NCBI GenBank assembly: GCA_947484175.1
Contig: CANKOI010000009.1
Span: 5,829 to 69,828, forward strand
Source: Deltaproteobacteria bacterium
GTDB lineage: Bacteria; Myxococcota_A; UBA796; SXON01
Reading direction: 5' to 3'
Length of the DNA stretch: 64,000 nucleotides
Shown: positions 16,719-28,714 of the stretch, one piece after another
Numbering within the stretch: the first letter of the stretch is position 1
Layout of the letters: each line of letters starts with the position of its first letter
Made by a program: the position numbers and the translations under genes
Notes under the pieces: model-generated
What the model was told of the DNA's origin: nothing
Database searches by the model: none
The model's input: only the letters and a program-made list of their open reading frames with translations

Positions 16719-19079
16719 GTGCCTGCCGAACGTTTTACCCAAGCCGCCGCCGTCGCCCTGCGCCGACACATCGGCACGGCTGGGGGCATCGAGATCTTCG
16801 TGGTCGGCACCCTTGATGAGCGCGGGCTGGTCGCGGAGGTCGAGGTTCACGCGCGCGGAAACGACCATACCGTGAACGCCCCGCACGGCCGCGCGCGGGC
16901 TGGCCAAGTGGTGATCCACAACCACCCCAGCGGCGATGTGCGCCCGAGCGCGCCCGACATGGAGCTGGCCGCTCAGTTCGGAGAAGACGGCGTGGGTTTT
17001 GTGATCGTGGACAACCCCGTGTCTGTCGCGCAGTGGGTGGTGGAACCCCACGTGCGAAAGCTGCTCCCCATCGATCGCGACGCGCTCTTGGCGGCCTTCG
17101 ACGTGCTGCTCCCCGGCGCCTTCCCCGGCTGGGAGGCCCGCCCCGGGCAACGCGAGATGGCGCTCGCCGTTGCACGCACCTTCGACGACGGCGGGGTGGC
17201 GGCTCTGGAGGCGGGCACCGGCACGGGCAAGTCGCTCGCATACCTCGTGCCAGCGGTGCTCTGGGCGGTACAGAACGACCGGCGGGTGGTCGTTTCGACC
17301 TACACGCGCACGCTCCAAGCCCAGCTCGCCACCGACGACCTGCCCGTGCTCGCACGCGTGCTGCCGCACCGGGCCGCCGTCTTGAAGGGCCGCAACAACT
17401 ACGTGTGCCGGCGCAAGCTGCAGCTGGCTGTGGAAGAGGGGCTCGGGGGAGCGGCCCGCGTGGCGGCATGGGCGCACAACAGCAGCACCGGCGACTTTTC
17501 TGAGGCCGGTTTTGCCCTCGACGAAGAGCTTCAGGACCGAGTGGAGAGCGACACCGACCAGACCCTTCGTGCGGCCTGCCCGCACTTCAACACCTGCTTC
17601 TACTACCAGGCCCGCCGCGCAGCAGCCGCAGCCCATGTGGTGATCGTGAACCACGCGCTACTCTTTCGTGATCTGGTGGCCAAGGCCGACTCCGGCGGGC
17701 GGGGCATCCTGCCCGCGTTCGACAGGCTGGTGCTGGACGAGGGCCACCACCTCGAAGACGCTGCGACGCGGGCTGGCGACAGTCGGCTCTCGGCACTCGC
17801 GGTCCGGCGCGCCCTCGCGCCGCTCCTCCCCGGCCGAAAACGGCCCGGCGCGCTCGACCGCATAGGGGCGGGCGTGGCCGCGGCAGCCTCGGCGGCCATC
17901 ACCGCCGCCGACCTTGCCGTGCAGGCCCGCGACACCGCCGAAGTCGGCTTCGCCGGCCTCGCAGACCACGCCACGGTGCCCGTGCGGGTGCGCGGTCCGG
18001 CACCAGACGCGCCCTTCTTCGAGACGCTCATCGAAGAGCTGGAGCGAGCTGCAGCCGCGCTGGGGGCCGTGGAGGCCGCGCTCGACGAACCCAAGCTTCC
18101 CACCGGGCAGCGGCAGCCGCTCCTCGACGTGCAGCGCGGCCGGCGCCGCCTCCAAGATCACGCGCAGCTGGCGGCAGCCTTCCTGGACGACAAAGAGGGG
18201 CGCGTGCGTTTCCTCGACCCAGGCAAGCGGGGCGTAGCCGCCGCGAACGCTCCGCTCGAGATCGGCGCCTTCGTGCGCCGCCACCTTCAGGAGGGGATGG
18301 CGGCAACCGTGCTCACCAGCGCCACGCTCGCGGTGAACGGCAACGCCGAGCCGTGGCTCAACCGCGTCGGCCTGACCGGCGCCACCTTTGAGGCCTTCCC
18401 CTCCCCCTTCGACTACGCGCAGCAGGCGCTGCTCGCCCTCCCCCGCGACCTCCCCCCGCCCGACGCCCCCGAGGCGCCTGAGCGAATCGCGGCCCTGTTG
18501 GCCGAGGCCATCGAGTGCAGCAGGGGGGGCGCATTCGTGCTTTGCACCAGCTATGCCGCTGTGGAGGACCTCGGACAGCGCGTTCAGGCCCTGCTCGGCG
18601 GCCGCTACGCCGTGTTGCGCCAAGGCAAGGGCAGCCGTGAGCTGCTGCTCGATCGTTTCCGCGACGACCGCGGCAGCGTGCTCTTCGGCACCGACAGCTT
18701 CTGGGAGGGCGTGAGCGTGAAGGGCGACGGCCTGCGGCTCGTGGCGATCCCCCGCCTGCCGTTCCGCGTTCCCACCGAACCGGTCGCGCAAGCCCGCCAC
18801 GAGCTCCTCGTGCAGCGCGGCCTGGACCCCTTCCGCGCCTGGTCGCTCCCCGACGCGGTCCTTCGCCTACGCCAAGGCTTCGGACGCCTCATCCGCACCG
18901 CAAGCGACAGGGGCGCGATTCTCGTGTGTGACCGGAGGCTCCACGAGATGTGGTACGGCCGCGTCTTCCTCGCGAGCCTTCCGGCCGCTCGGCGCGTGTC
19001 CGGGCCGAGCCGCCTCGTATTGCAGACACTGCGCGAGTTCTACGCCGCGCGACCCGCCATACAGCCCCCCGAGCGCTGA
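16719..19079 (+). CDS. dinG: DinG/XPD-family ATP-dependent DNA helicase with N-terminal RadC-like JAB/JAMM domain
   Basis: The helicase part has EAGTGTGKSLAYL (Walker A), LDEGHHLED (DEAH-type box) and the Helicase_C_2-like FWEGVSVKGD. Residues 67-80 read HNHPSGDVRPSAPD (nt 16917-16958), which matches HxHx7Sx2D. Confidence 0.88.
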   Translation: MPAERFTQAAAVALRRHIGTAGGIEIFVVGTLDERGLVAEVEVHARGNDHTVNAPHGRARAGQVVIHNHPSGDVRPSAPDMELAAQFGEDGVGFVIVDNPVSVAQWVVEPHVRKLLPIDRDALLAAFDVLLPGAFPGWEARPGQREMALAVARTFDDGGVAALEAGTGTGKSLAYLVPAVLWAVQNDRRVVVSTYTRTLQAQLATDDLPVLARVLPHRAAVLKGRNNYVCRRKLQLAVEEGLGGAARVAAWAHNSSTGDFSEAGFALDEELQDRVESDTDQTLRAACPHFNTCFYYQARRAAAAAHVVIVNHALLFRDLVAKADSGGRGILPAFDRLVLDEGHHLEDAATRAGDSRLSALAVRRALAPLLPGRKRPGALDRIGAGVAAAASAAITAADLAVQARDTAEVGFAGLADHATVPVRVRGPAPDAPFFETLIEELERAAAALGAVEAALDEPKLPTGQRQPLLDVQRGRRRLQDHAQLAAAFLDDKEGRVRFLDPGKRGVAAANAPLEIGAFVRRHLQEGMAATVLTSATLAVNGNAEPWLNRVGLTGATFEAFPSPFDYAQQALLALPRDLPPPDAPEAPERIAALLAEAIECSRGGAFVLCTSYAAVEDLGQRVQALLGGRYAVLRQGKGSRELLLDRFRDDRGSVLFGTDSFWEGVSVKGDGLRLVAIPRLPFRVPTEPVAQARHELLVQRGLDPFRAWSLPDAVLRLRQGFGRLIRTASDRGAILVCDRRLHEMWYGRVFLASLPAARRVSGPSRLVLQTLREFYAARPAIQPPER

Positions 19080-19082
19080 GCC

Positions 19083-19337
19083 CTACTCCTCAGGCTCCTC
19101 CTCGTCTTCGAAGCTCCCGTCGTCCTCTTCCTCGTCGCTCTCCTCGTCCTCGTCGCCTTCTTCGCTCAGCGACTCCCACTCGTCTTCTTCGTTCCAATCC
19201 TCTTCGTCGTCGCCCTCCTCGTCGTCGCCCTCCTCGTCGCTGCCCTCCTCGTCGTCGTCGTCGTCGTCTTCGCTCCAATCTTCGTCGTCGAAGTCGTCAT
19301 CGTCCGTCTCGTCGGGGGCTGCGTACAGCGTCGGCAT
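19083..19337 (-). CDS. Polyacidic small protein (84 aa, dominated by Asp/Glu)
   Basis: ATG preceded by GGAGAGG. The sequence is MPTLYAAPDETDDDDFDDEDWSEDDDDDDEEGSDEEGDDEEGDDEEDWNEEDEW... It is co-directional with, and 36 nt downstream of, the hydrolase gene. The low-complexity composition makes frame choice less certain. Confidence 0.5.
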   Translation of the reverse strand: MPTLYAAPDETDDDDFDDEDWSEDDDDDDEEGSDEEGDDEEGDDEEDWNEEDEWESLSEEGDEDEESDEEEDDGSFEDEEEPEE

Positions 19338-19373
19338 GTCCTCTCCTTCGGGAAATATATCTCTGCCGCGGCC

Positions 19374-20069
19374 TCAGCCGGGTAACGCTTCGTCGAGGAA
19401 ACGCAGCGTACGCCTCCACGCCGATTCCGCTGCCGCCGCGTTCCACCCCGCCCGCGACGCGTTCATGAACGCGTGGCCAACCCCGGGGTACCGAAACACC
19501 CGCCCCGGCTGCGGCTGCCCGGCGAGCTTCCGCTCCAGTTCGTCCACGTGGTGCGGCGGGGCGATGCTGTCCAGCCCCCCGAAATGGCAGAGCAATGGAC
19601 AGGCGCGACCGGGCAGGAGGTCGAGCGGTTGCGCGGGCTTGGCGGCGCTCAGCGTGGGGTAGACGATCCGCCCGTAAAACTCCACCGCCGCGGCGAGGCC
19701 GGGCACAGCCGAGCTCGCCAACCGCGCGTACAACCCGCCGAGGCAAAAGCCGACGACGACCCGCGGGAGGCCGCGCGGCAGCGAGGCGGCGGCGGCGGCA
19801 ACATCTCTGAGGGCATGGCCGTCGTCGAACCGCTCCACGGCGGCCGACACCTCCTCCGCGTTCGACAGCGCGGGAGGGCCACCCGCCCGCCACCAGAGGT
19901 CGGGCATGGCCACCGTGTAGCCCTCCGCCACGAAACGAGCGGCCCACGACCGGAGGTTGGTGTCGACTCCCCAGATTTCGCTGACTATGACGACCCCCGC
20001 GCGCGCGTCTCCATTCCCGAGCCGATGCACCGGAAGGCCGCTGGAGGCGGTCTCAATCCACTCTTGCAT
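19374..20069 (-). CDS. Dienelactone hydrolase family protein
   Basis: Alpha/beta-hydrolase with the GFCLGG nucleophile elbow (Cys type) and a C-terminal GVGHAF His motif. Confidence 0.85.
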   Translation of the reverse strand: MQEWIETASSGLPVHRLGNGDARAGVVIVSEIWGVDTNLRSWAARFVAEGYTVAMPDLWWRAGGPPALSNAEEVSAAVERFDDGHALRDVAAAAASLPRGLPRVVVGFCLGGLYARLASSAVPGLAAAVEFYGRIVYPTLSAAKPAQPLDLLPGRACPLLCHFGGLDSIAPPHHVDELERKLAGQPQPGRVFRYPGVGHAFMNASRAGWNAAAAESAWRRTLRFLDEALPG

Positions 20070-20074
20070 CCGGG

Positions 20075-21915
<1,841 letters not shown>

Positions 21916-21919
<4 letters not shown>

Positions 21920-23478
21920 GGTTGGCTCCTTGGAGTGGCGGGCGCGGGCGAGTCGACCGCTGCGGGCACAGCCGGGTCCAACTGCACTCGGATGTCGGTG
22001 CGCTGGTCGGCCACGAACTGGAACTCGCCCGAATAGTCGGTCATTTCGGGGGCGGTGACGAAGACCCGGTGCTTGCCAGCGCCTACCGGGATGGTGCCCA
22101 TTCCCCCGGCCAGCCTGACCGGCTCTCCGACGGGCACGCAGTCGCGCGAAGCCTCGATGTCCCACTTCACCACGACGCCCTCGAGCGGCTTGCCCTTCTT
22201 GTCCACCACCTCGAAGGCCGCCTTGGAGTTCAGCACCGGGGAGAGGGCCACGTCGAGCTTGGTGTCGCCCTCGTTGGCCGTCGCCTTCACTTCGCCGCGG
22301 TAGCAGAGGAACTGGCCCGCGGCCCACCACTCGCTGCCCGGCTCGGCCCTTTCCACCACGAGGGAAGTGGCGCCCGTGAGCACCACGCCACCACCCTTGA
22401 GCGTGATCGAGCCCGCTACCGGCTGGCCCCCGAGGCTGGTGGTGACCGTGAGGCTGCCGATGCCGTCGGGACAACCGTCGGCATCCTTGAACCCGTTGGG
22501 CGTTTCTGCCTGATCCACGCAGGCGTCTACATCGTCATTGACCCCGTCGTCGTCCTTGTCGAAATTCGGCGGCAGCGGCGGCGGGGACTTCTTGTGAACC
22601 GGACCGAAGCCGACCCCGACGAAGGCGCGGTAGGCGGGGGTGCCCGCGCCGACACTCAGACCACCCGCCCCGCCAACGAGGAAGTTCAGGCCCGACGTGA
22701 GCTGGGCCTTGCCGTGCAGCAGCACCTCGGCCTGCGTGTCGGTGCCGGGCACGGACTCCACCTCAAGGGGGAACGCGGCGCGGCCTTCGAGATTCAGGCC
22801 GAAGTGCTCGACCACCTCGAAGCCTACGGTGGCGCCGACATTGAGGTGGTCGGCCCCGGTCAGGTTCTCGAGGGTGACGTCGGGCGCATAGGCGTAGCCT
22901 GCGCTGGCGGCCACGAGGAGCCTCTCGCCGTGGTAGCCGAGGCCCAGGTCGGCGCCGCCCGCCACCCCCGATTGGCCGAGGTACAGGCTCGACGCGCCAA
23001 GGGGAATCGTGACGTACGGCGAGAGTCCCACCCCGAACCCCCGCTGCTCCTCCCTGCTCCAGCCCGCGGTGCCGCCTACCTTGAGGTCGCCGGCTGCGAA
23101 GCCGTTGGCGCCCTCGTGCCCGGTAGAGGCTAGGAACAGCGGCAGGCCCACGTCGAGCCGGACGAAACGGACCGGAGCCCAGCCGACGTTCAGGTTCGCC
23201 GCCATCACGTCGTCGAGGAGCGTTTCGGCGTTGTCGAAGTCGAGCGTGCCCTCGCTGCTGGCGGGCACCTGCACGAGCGGCGACTTCGCGTATTCGAAAA
23301 CGGCGGCCCCGAAGAAGCCCTTGGTGACAAAGGGGCTGGCCACCACGAGCGGGGCGACGGGCTGGCCATCTGCCGCGTAGAGGCGGAAGTTGTGGGCGTC
23401 GAATCCGCCCTCGTGGGCCAGCGCCGCGCCCGGGCAAGCGGCCGCTGCCAGCATCCACAGCAGGTGACGGTACTTCAA
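21916..23478 (-). CDS. Outer-membrane beta-barrel-like protein with TSP3 linker and C-terminal Ig/carboxypeptidase-regulatory-like domain
   Basis: TTG at 23478 is preceded by AAGGAG and gives the signal peptide MKYRHLLWMLAAAACPGAALA (alternative ATG at 23496). The N-terminal half has alternating beta-strand-like segments ending in aromatic residues. It is followed by NFDKDDDGVNDDVDACVDQAETPNGFKDADGCPDG. No OmpA_C motif was seen. Confidence 0.7.
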
Positions 23479-23550
23479 GGGGTCTCCTTCAGTCATTGTC
23501 GAAAGGCAGGCCGCAAGTCTATCCTTTTTACGACTTCGCAACAGGGGCTC

Positions 23551-25962
23551 TCACAGCGCGAGCCGCCGATACACCTGAACGATCTGAGCGGGCAGAGCGT
23601 CCACGCGGTCGATGACGCAGTACCCGACGTCGCCATACATCCGTTTGAGGTAGGCCGGCCCCGTGGGATCTACCGTGATGCAGAAGGGCCGTACGCCGAG
23701 CGCGCGCGCCTCCGCGAGGGCCATCCGGGTGTCCTCTTGGGCGTAACGGTCGTAGTAGTGGTCGCAGCCACAGTCCAGCGGTTTACCGTCGGAGAGCAGG
23801 AACAGGATGCGCGAGCGGGCGGGCTGCGCCGCCAACTTCCGGCTGGCATGTCGAATGGCGGCACCGTCGCGGTTCTCCATCTTGAACGCCATTCGCCCCA
23901 CCCGCTCACGCGCCCGGTCGTCCCAGCCATCGCGAAAGTCCTTCGCAACGTAGAACGCCACGTGATCGCGTCCGTAGCCCGAAAACCCGTAGATCCCGAA
24001 GGGGTCTCCGATGGCATGGAGCGCCTCGGCCACCAGAATCAGGGCCTCCTTCTCGACGTCGATCACCCGGCGCTTGCCCCCGGCGGCCGTGGCTTCGTTC
24101 GTGGAGCTGCTCATGTCGAGCAGGAAGGCTACGGCGACGTCGCGGCGCTCGGGAAGGTTGCGCACGTAGAGCCGCTCGGAGCGCTGCCCCGTCGCCTTCC
24201 CCTCCACGACACTCTGGACCGCTCGATCGAGGTCGATCTCGTCGCCGTCCGTGAGCCCACGCACCTGAACGCGCCCCTGCGGGCGAAGCGCCTCAAACGT
24301 GCGACGCAAGCGGTCGATGTGGTGGCGTTCGCGCTCCATCACCTCGTCGACGAACGCCCGCTCCCCTTCCCGCAGCCGCGCCTCCCGCACCACCACCCAA
24401 CGCGGCTTGTAGTCGCCGATCGAGGCGTCCCACTCCCGGTAGATGAAGTTGCGGCCCGACACGGCCACGTCAGGGTCCTGGGGCAGTCCCTTCGCGAGCG
24501 CAGGAACGCCGCTGTCAGGAGCCTGGGAGGGATCGACCAGCGCGCCGCCCGTGAGCTCCTGGCGGTCGAGCATCGCTTCCATCTGGGCGAACGCCGTGGC
24601 GTCGTGGAGTGCGTGCTCGCGCCGCTCCGCCTCCCGGCGTCGCTCGCGCGCCTCCGCCAACGTCAAGGACTCCCCTCGTTCGGCCGCGGCATCGCGCAGC
24701 CGCCTCGCCTCGCTCTCCGCTCGGCGCTCGTCTGCGCCCGCGGCCTCCGGATCGATCCGCGCGCCCAGCTCCTGCGGCTGGAACGCCGTTTCAGGCTGGG
24801 CCTCGTCGCCACCCGGCATCCGAATGCGATCGCTCCCTTGGCTGCGCGGCGGCTTGCCGTCCACCGCCTTCAACATCAGGGCTTCGATGCCCGGGTAGTG
24901 GTCCTGAACCGCCCGCGCCACGGCGTTCACATCGAGGTGGCCCAGTGCCGATCGCAGCGACAGCAGCGGAGCGATCGAGGCCTCGCCCGGGGCGTCGAGC
25001 CGCAGGCGGTCGAGGTGCCACAGCTCGCGGGCGAGCGCCTCCACTGCCCGGGCGGCGGGTGCCGTGGGCTCGGGGCGCTTGCCGCGCATGACGTCACCCA
25101 CCGCCCGGAGGTCCCGCGCGATCCCTGGATACTCCTCGGCGATCCGCGCCTCCACTCTCGCATCTTCGAGAAGCTGGAACACCTCCCTCGCGAGTGACTT
25201 GTTGCCGAAGGACCGGAACCACCGTTCCAGCTCGCTCTCGCCTTCGCGGGGGCTGGACCACCCTCCCGGCGGTGCGGGCAACGCCGCAAGGTCAAGGTCG
25301 AAGGTTCCGAATTCGAGATAGCCGGCCCCCATCGCGGTGAGCACTCGCAGCAGGGCGAAGTCGCGGGCGTCGCCGAACTTGTCTACGCGTTCGGGCAGGT
25401 AGACATGGTGGCCGTCGCTGAACGCTCGCCCCTTGCCGGGGCGCACCTGCACGTCCTCCCCGCAGTGGGAACGAGCGTACAGCGTGAGCAGCCGCGACAC
25501 ATCGGAGAGCGCAACGCCCGTGTGGAGGGCCTCGACGGCCACCCGCGCGGCATCGGATTCCCGGCGGAGGAAACTCTCGGCCCGTTGGTGGCTGTCGCGG
25601 TGCAGGGCCAGCCCCTGCCGAACGAAGCTGCGTAGGCGCTCGTCGTCGAACTCGTCCACCCGATCGGGCAACGTTCGCACGAGGAGCCCGAGGGCGTCGG
25701 GGTGGTCGGCGGCGACTTCCTCCAAGACGGCGAAGTAGAGAGCGCGGCGCGAGGCGGGCACGCGTGCGAGGTTGTCGGGGATCGAGACCGCGACGATGCG
25801 CGCCAGCTCGCCATCCTTCCGGGCCACGGCCGCCACGAGGCGGCCGTACGCCTCGGCCTCGGGCTCGCCGATGCCCTCACGGATGGCGGCGCGGTAGCGG
25901 TACCAGGCGCGGAGCGCCGAGGCGTCGGCGCGGAGGAGGTGAAGCGCCGGGCCGAGGTCCAA
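23551..25962 (-). CDS. vWA-domain protein of the CbbO/NorD family (AAA+ adaptor)
   Basis: IYREWDASIGDYKPRWVVVRE (the YPEWD-type motif), MIDAS VAFLLDMSSSTN, MENRDGAAIRHA and LLSDGKP. The length of 803 aa is CbbO-like. Confidence 0.88.
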   Translation of the reverse strand: MDLGPALHLLRADASALRAWYRYRAAIREGIGEPEAEAYGRLVAAVARKDGELARIVAVSIPDNLARVPASRRALYFAVLEEVAADHPDALGLLVRTLPDRVDEFDDERLRSFVRQGLALHRDSHQRAESFLRRESDAARVAVEALHTGVALSDVSRLLTLYARSHCGEDVQVRPGKGRAFSDGHHVYLPERVDKFGDARDFALLRVLTAMGAGYLEFGTFDLDLAALPAPPGGWSSPREGESELERWFRSFGNKSLAREVFQLLEDARVEARIAEEYPGIARDLRAVGDVMRGKRPEPTAPAARAVEALARELWHLDRLRLDAPGEASIAPLLSLRSALGHLDVNAVARAVQDHYPGIEALMLKAVDGKPPRSQGSDRIRMPGGDEAQPETAFQPQELGARIDPEAAGADERRAESEARRLRDAAAERGESLTLAEARERRREAERREHALHDATAFAQMEAMLDRQELTGGALVDPSQAPDSGVPALAKGLPQDPDVAVSGRNFIYREWDASIGDYKPRWVVVREARLREGERAFVDEVMERERHHIDRLRRTFEALRPQGRVQVRGLTDGDEIDLDRAVQSVVEGKATGQRSERLYVRNLPERRDVAVAFLLDMSSSTNEATAAGGKRRVIDVEKEALILVAEALHAIGDPFGIYGFSGYGRDHVAFYVAKDFRDGWDDRARERVGRMAFKMENRDGAAIRHASRKLAAQPARSRILFLLSDGKPLDCGCDHYYDRYAQEDTRMALAEARALGVRPFCITVDPTGPAYLKRMYGDVGYCVIDRVDALPAQIVQVYRRLAL

Positions 25963-26009
25963 GGCCCAGGGCGGAAGTTCCCCGAGCCGCTTCTTGAGGC
26001 GGTCCCGGA

Positions 26010-26822
26010 TCAGAAATAATCCGCCACGATCTCGTCGATCGTCCGGCCCAGGTCACGGTCGTCGGTGAGCGTGCGGGTGAACGCCGCGCGGCAGGCCGAA
26101 CGCGCCTCCACGCCGTGCACCAGCAACTTCGCGCAGTACACCAGAAGCCGCGTGCTGACGCCCTCCTCGAGGCCCCGATCCGTGAGGTTGCGGATTTTTT
26201 CGCCCACCTTCACGAGCCTGCCAGTCCGCTCCGCGTCCAGCCCGGATTCGCGGGCGACGATTTCCCGCTCCAGATCAGGCGGTGGATAGCGGAACTCCAA
26301 CGAAACGAACCGCTGCCGGGTGCTGGGTTTCAACTCCTTGAGCACCGACTGGTAGCCGGGGTTGTAGCTCACCACCATCATGAACTCGGGAGGCGCGGTC
26401 AACACCGTGGCGAGCCGGTCGATGGGCAAGACACGCCGATCGTCGGTGAGCGGGTGGATCACCACCAGGGTGTCCTTGCGCGCCTCCACCACTTCGTCGA
26501 GGTACACGATGGCACCGTGCCGAACGGCCGTGGTGAGCGGGCCGTCAACCCAGACGGTCTCGTTGCCGTGGAGCAGGTATCGACCGAGGAGGTCGCTCGC
26601 GCTGAGGTCTTCGTGGCAGGCCACCGTCACCAGCGGGCGGCCGAGCTTCCACGCCATGTGGGCCACGAAGCGGGTCTTGCCACAGCCGGTGGGTCCCTTC
26701 AAGAGCACGGGCAACCGGGCATTCGCGGCCTGCGTGAAGAGCTCCACCTCGTCGTCGATGGCCCGGTAGAACGGCTCGCTCGGCACGGTGTAGTCGGAGA
26801 GCTGCGGGGTGAGCTGTTTCAT
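26010..26822 (-). CDS. CbbQ/NirQ/NorQ/GpvN-family MoxR-type AAA+ ATPase
   Basis: Walker [14 protein letters not shown] and Walker [14 protein letters not shown], with a family-typical ~270 aa if the start is MKQLTPQ (26822). The alternative start is 26876. Confidence 0.92.
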   Translation of the reverse strand: MKQLTPQLSDYTVPSEPFYRAIDDEVELFTQAANARLPVLLKGPTGCGKTRFVAHMAWKLGRPLVTVACHEDLSASDLLGRYLLHGNETVWVDGPLTTAVRHGAIVYLDEVVEARKDTLVVIHPLTDDRRVLPIDRLATVLTAPPEFMMVVSYNPGYQSVLKELKPSTRQRFVSLEFRYPPPDLEREIVARESGLDAERTGRLVKVGEKIRNLTDRGLEEGVSTRLLVYCAKLLVHGVEARSACRAAFTRTLTDDRDLGRTIDEIVADYF

Positions 26823-26920
26823 GGCCGGGGAAGCTATTCGGTGTTCGGGTGATTCGTGCGTGTCCGAGCCTACCATGCCCGCGCCAGCGCCTCCCGCGCG
26901 CGATACGCTGGCGGGCCGTC

Positions 26921-28153
26921 ATGCCTGACCTCCTCGCCAAGCTCGAATCGGGGCACCCGGCTGCGGCGCGCCTGCTGTCGCCGCTCGGCCGCCGGGCCGC
27001 GCTCGTGCTGGGAGTGCCCCAGCAAGCCGCCGAGGCGGCACGTTGTGAGCGTCAGGCCTCGATCGGGCAGATCACGGCGGGCGACGGTCAGCCACTCACG
27101 CTGCCTGCCCTCGCCGGTCGGTTCGTCGGCCTCGACCCGAAACAGGCCTTCCTCTACGCCCCCACCGCCGGCCTCCTGCCGCTCCGGACGGCGTGGCGCG
27201 AGCGCCTCGGCAGCGCACCCGCCACCCTTCCCGTCGTCACCAACGGGATGTCGCACGGGCTCTCCTTGGTCGCCGACCTCTTCGCCTCGCCGGAGCACCC
27301 CCTCCTGCTCGCCACGCCCTACTGGGACAACTACGACACCATCTGGCACATGCGCGCGGGCGCCGAGATGCGCACGTTTCCGCTCTTCAATGAGGCGCGG
27401 GGGCTCGACATCGAAGCGATGGGCGCGCGGCTGGCTGAGCTTCGCGGGCCCGCTTCGTTGCTCCTGAACTTCCCCAACAACCCCACGGGCTACTCGCCTA
27501 CCGCAGCCGAAGCCGACGCCATCGCGGCGTGCATCCACGCCCACCCGCATCCGCTCGCGGTGGTCTGCGACGACGCCTACGCGGGCTACTACTTCGACGA
27601 TTCTTGCTACGGCAGTTCGCTCTACACCAAGCTCGCCGTGGGCGCCGACCCCGAGCGGCTGCTCGTGTGCAAGGTAGACGGGGCCAGCAAGGAACTGCTC
27701 TTCTTCGGGGGTCGCGTGGGCTTCCTCACGTTCTCGGCAACCGGCGCCGCGGGCGACGTTTTGGTGGAGAAGGCCAGCGCCATCCTGCGCGGCACGATCT
27801 CCAGCGTGAGCGCGCCCGCGCAGTCGGTCGTTCTGGCCGCCTTGCGAGAGCCGAACCTCGCCGGCCAGCAAGACGAAGTCCGAGGCGTGCTCAAGCGCCG
27901 CTACGAAGCCCTCCGCACGGCGCTCGCCGCAGCGAAGGTGCCGGCGCTCCCGTTCAACAGCGGCTGCTTCGCCTTGTTGCCCCTCGGCCCCGAGCACGAC
28001 GCCCAGACGGTGCGGCGGCGGCTCATCGAGGAGCAATCCACCGGGGTGATCGCCGTCACGTCGGAGAACGCGCTGCGGGTGGCTTTCTGCTCCATCGACG
28101 AGGGGGACATTCCCGATCTGGTGGAGCGGATTGCGCGCGTCGTGCAGAACTGA
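26921..28153 (+). CDS. Class I/II pyridoxal-phosphate-dependent aminotransferase
   Basis: FPNNPTGY and GASKELLFFGGRVGF (SxxK...R motif). The start was re-assigned to the ATG at 26921. Confidence 0.85.
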   Translation: MPDLLAKLESGHPAAARLLSPLGRRAALVLGVPQQAAEAARCERQASIGQITAGDGQPLTLPALAGRFVGLDPKQAFLYAPTAGLLPLRTAWRERLGSAPATLPVVTNGMSHGLSLVADLFASPEHPLLLATPYWDNYDTIWHMRAGAEMRTFPLFNEARGLDIEAMGARLAELRGPASLLLNFPNNPTGYSPTAAEADAIAACIHAHPHPLAVVCDDAYAGYYFDDSCYGSSLYTKLAVGADPERLLVCKVDGASKELLFFGGRVGFLTFSATGAAGDVLVEKASAILRGTISSVSAPAQSVVLAALREPNLAGQQDEVRGVLKRRYEALRTALAAAKVPALPFNSGCFALLPLGPEHDAQTVRRRLIEEQSTGVIAVTSENALRVAFCSIDEGDIPDLVERIARVVQN

Positions 28154-28160
28154 GAGCCCC

Positions 28161-28691
28161 GTGCTCCTCCTGCTCACCGCCTGCCTCTCCCGGTCGCTCG
28201 ACGCCCCTTACGTGCTCGCGACCGGGCTCGCCAACCCCGTTCAACTGGACCACGGCAGCGTTCCCGCCACGCTCGTGGTGACCACCGCCAGCGGATGGGT
28301 GCAGGTGGATTTCGAGGGCAAGACTACCCCCTCACCTCTGCCAGCCGAACGGCGGGTGCCCCTCCGCCCCGACGCCCGGTTCTCGACCACGATCGGCGAG
28401 GGCATCGCCTGGATCGACGCTGCAGGCGCGCTCCGCGTCGGCGAGCGCGTGGTGAACCCGCGGATAGAGAGCCCACGAGCCCTCACTCACGACGGCGCGG
28501 ATCGCCTCCTCGTCGTCGCCGGCAGAGATGAGCCCCGGCTGTACCGCGTGGAAGGCGAGCGCCTCGTGCTGGTTGCCGACTTCGTGGGCCCGGTCATTGA
28601 TGTGGCGTGGGGGCCCGGCGGCGCGCTGCCCGAGCGGATGCTGTACCTGGTCCGCGAGGACGGCATTCTGGAGTACCTGGAGCCCCGCTGA
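28161..28691 (+). CDS. Hypothetical lipoprotein
   Basis: GTG at 28161 gives VLLLLTAC, a lipobox. I recognise no family. Confidence 0.5.
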   Translation: MLLLLTACLSRSLDAPYVLATGLANPVQLDHGSVPATLVVTTASGWVQVDFEGKTTPSPLPAERRVPLRPDARFSTTIGEGIAWIDAAGALRVGERVVNPRIESPRALTHDGADRLLVVAGRDEPRLYRVEGERLVLVADFVGPVIDVAWGPGGALPERMLYLVREDGILEYLEPR

Positions 28692-28714
28692 CAGCGGCGA
28701 CCGGCCGCTCCCAA

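Noticed and set aside
18928-19662. A plus-strand 244-aa Ser-rich ORF across the acidic-protein locus.
   Set aside because: It overlaps the dinG 3' end and the dienelactone hydrolase gene. It is the complementary-strand reading of the D/E codon repeats. I cannot fully exclude it for the low-complexity core.
21920-22474. An upstream extension of the TSP3-repeat gene (ORF-track start 22474).
   Set aside because: The extension is Arg/Gly-rich junk overlapping the C-terminal domain of the OM protein gene. AAGGAG followed by ATG at 21919, with an ATGA overlap, is the convincing start.
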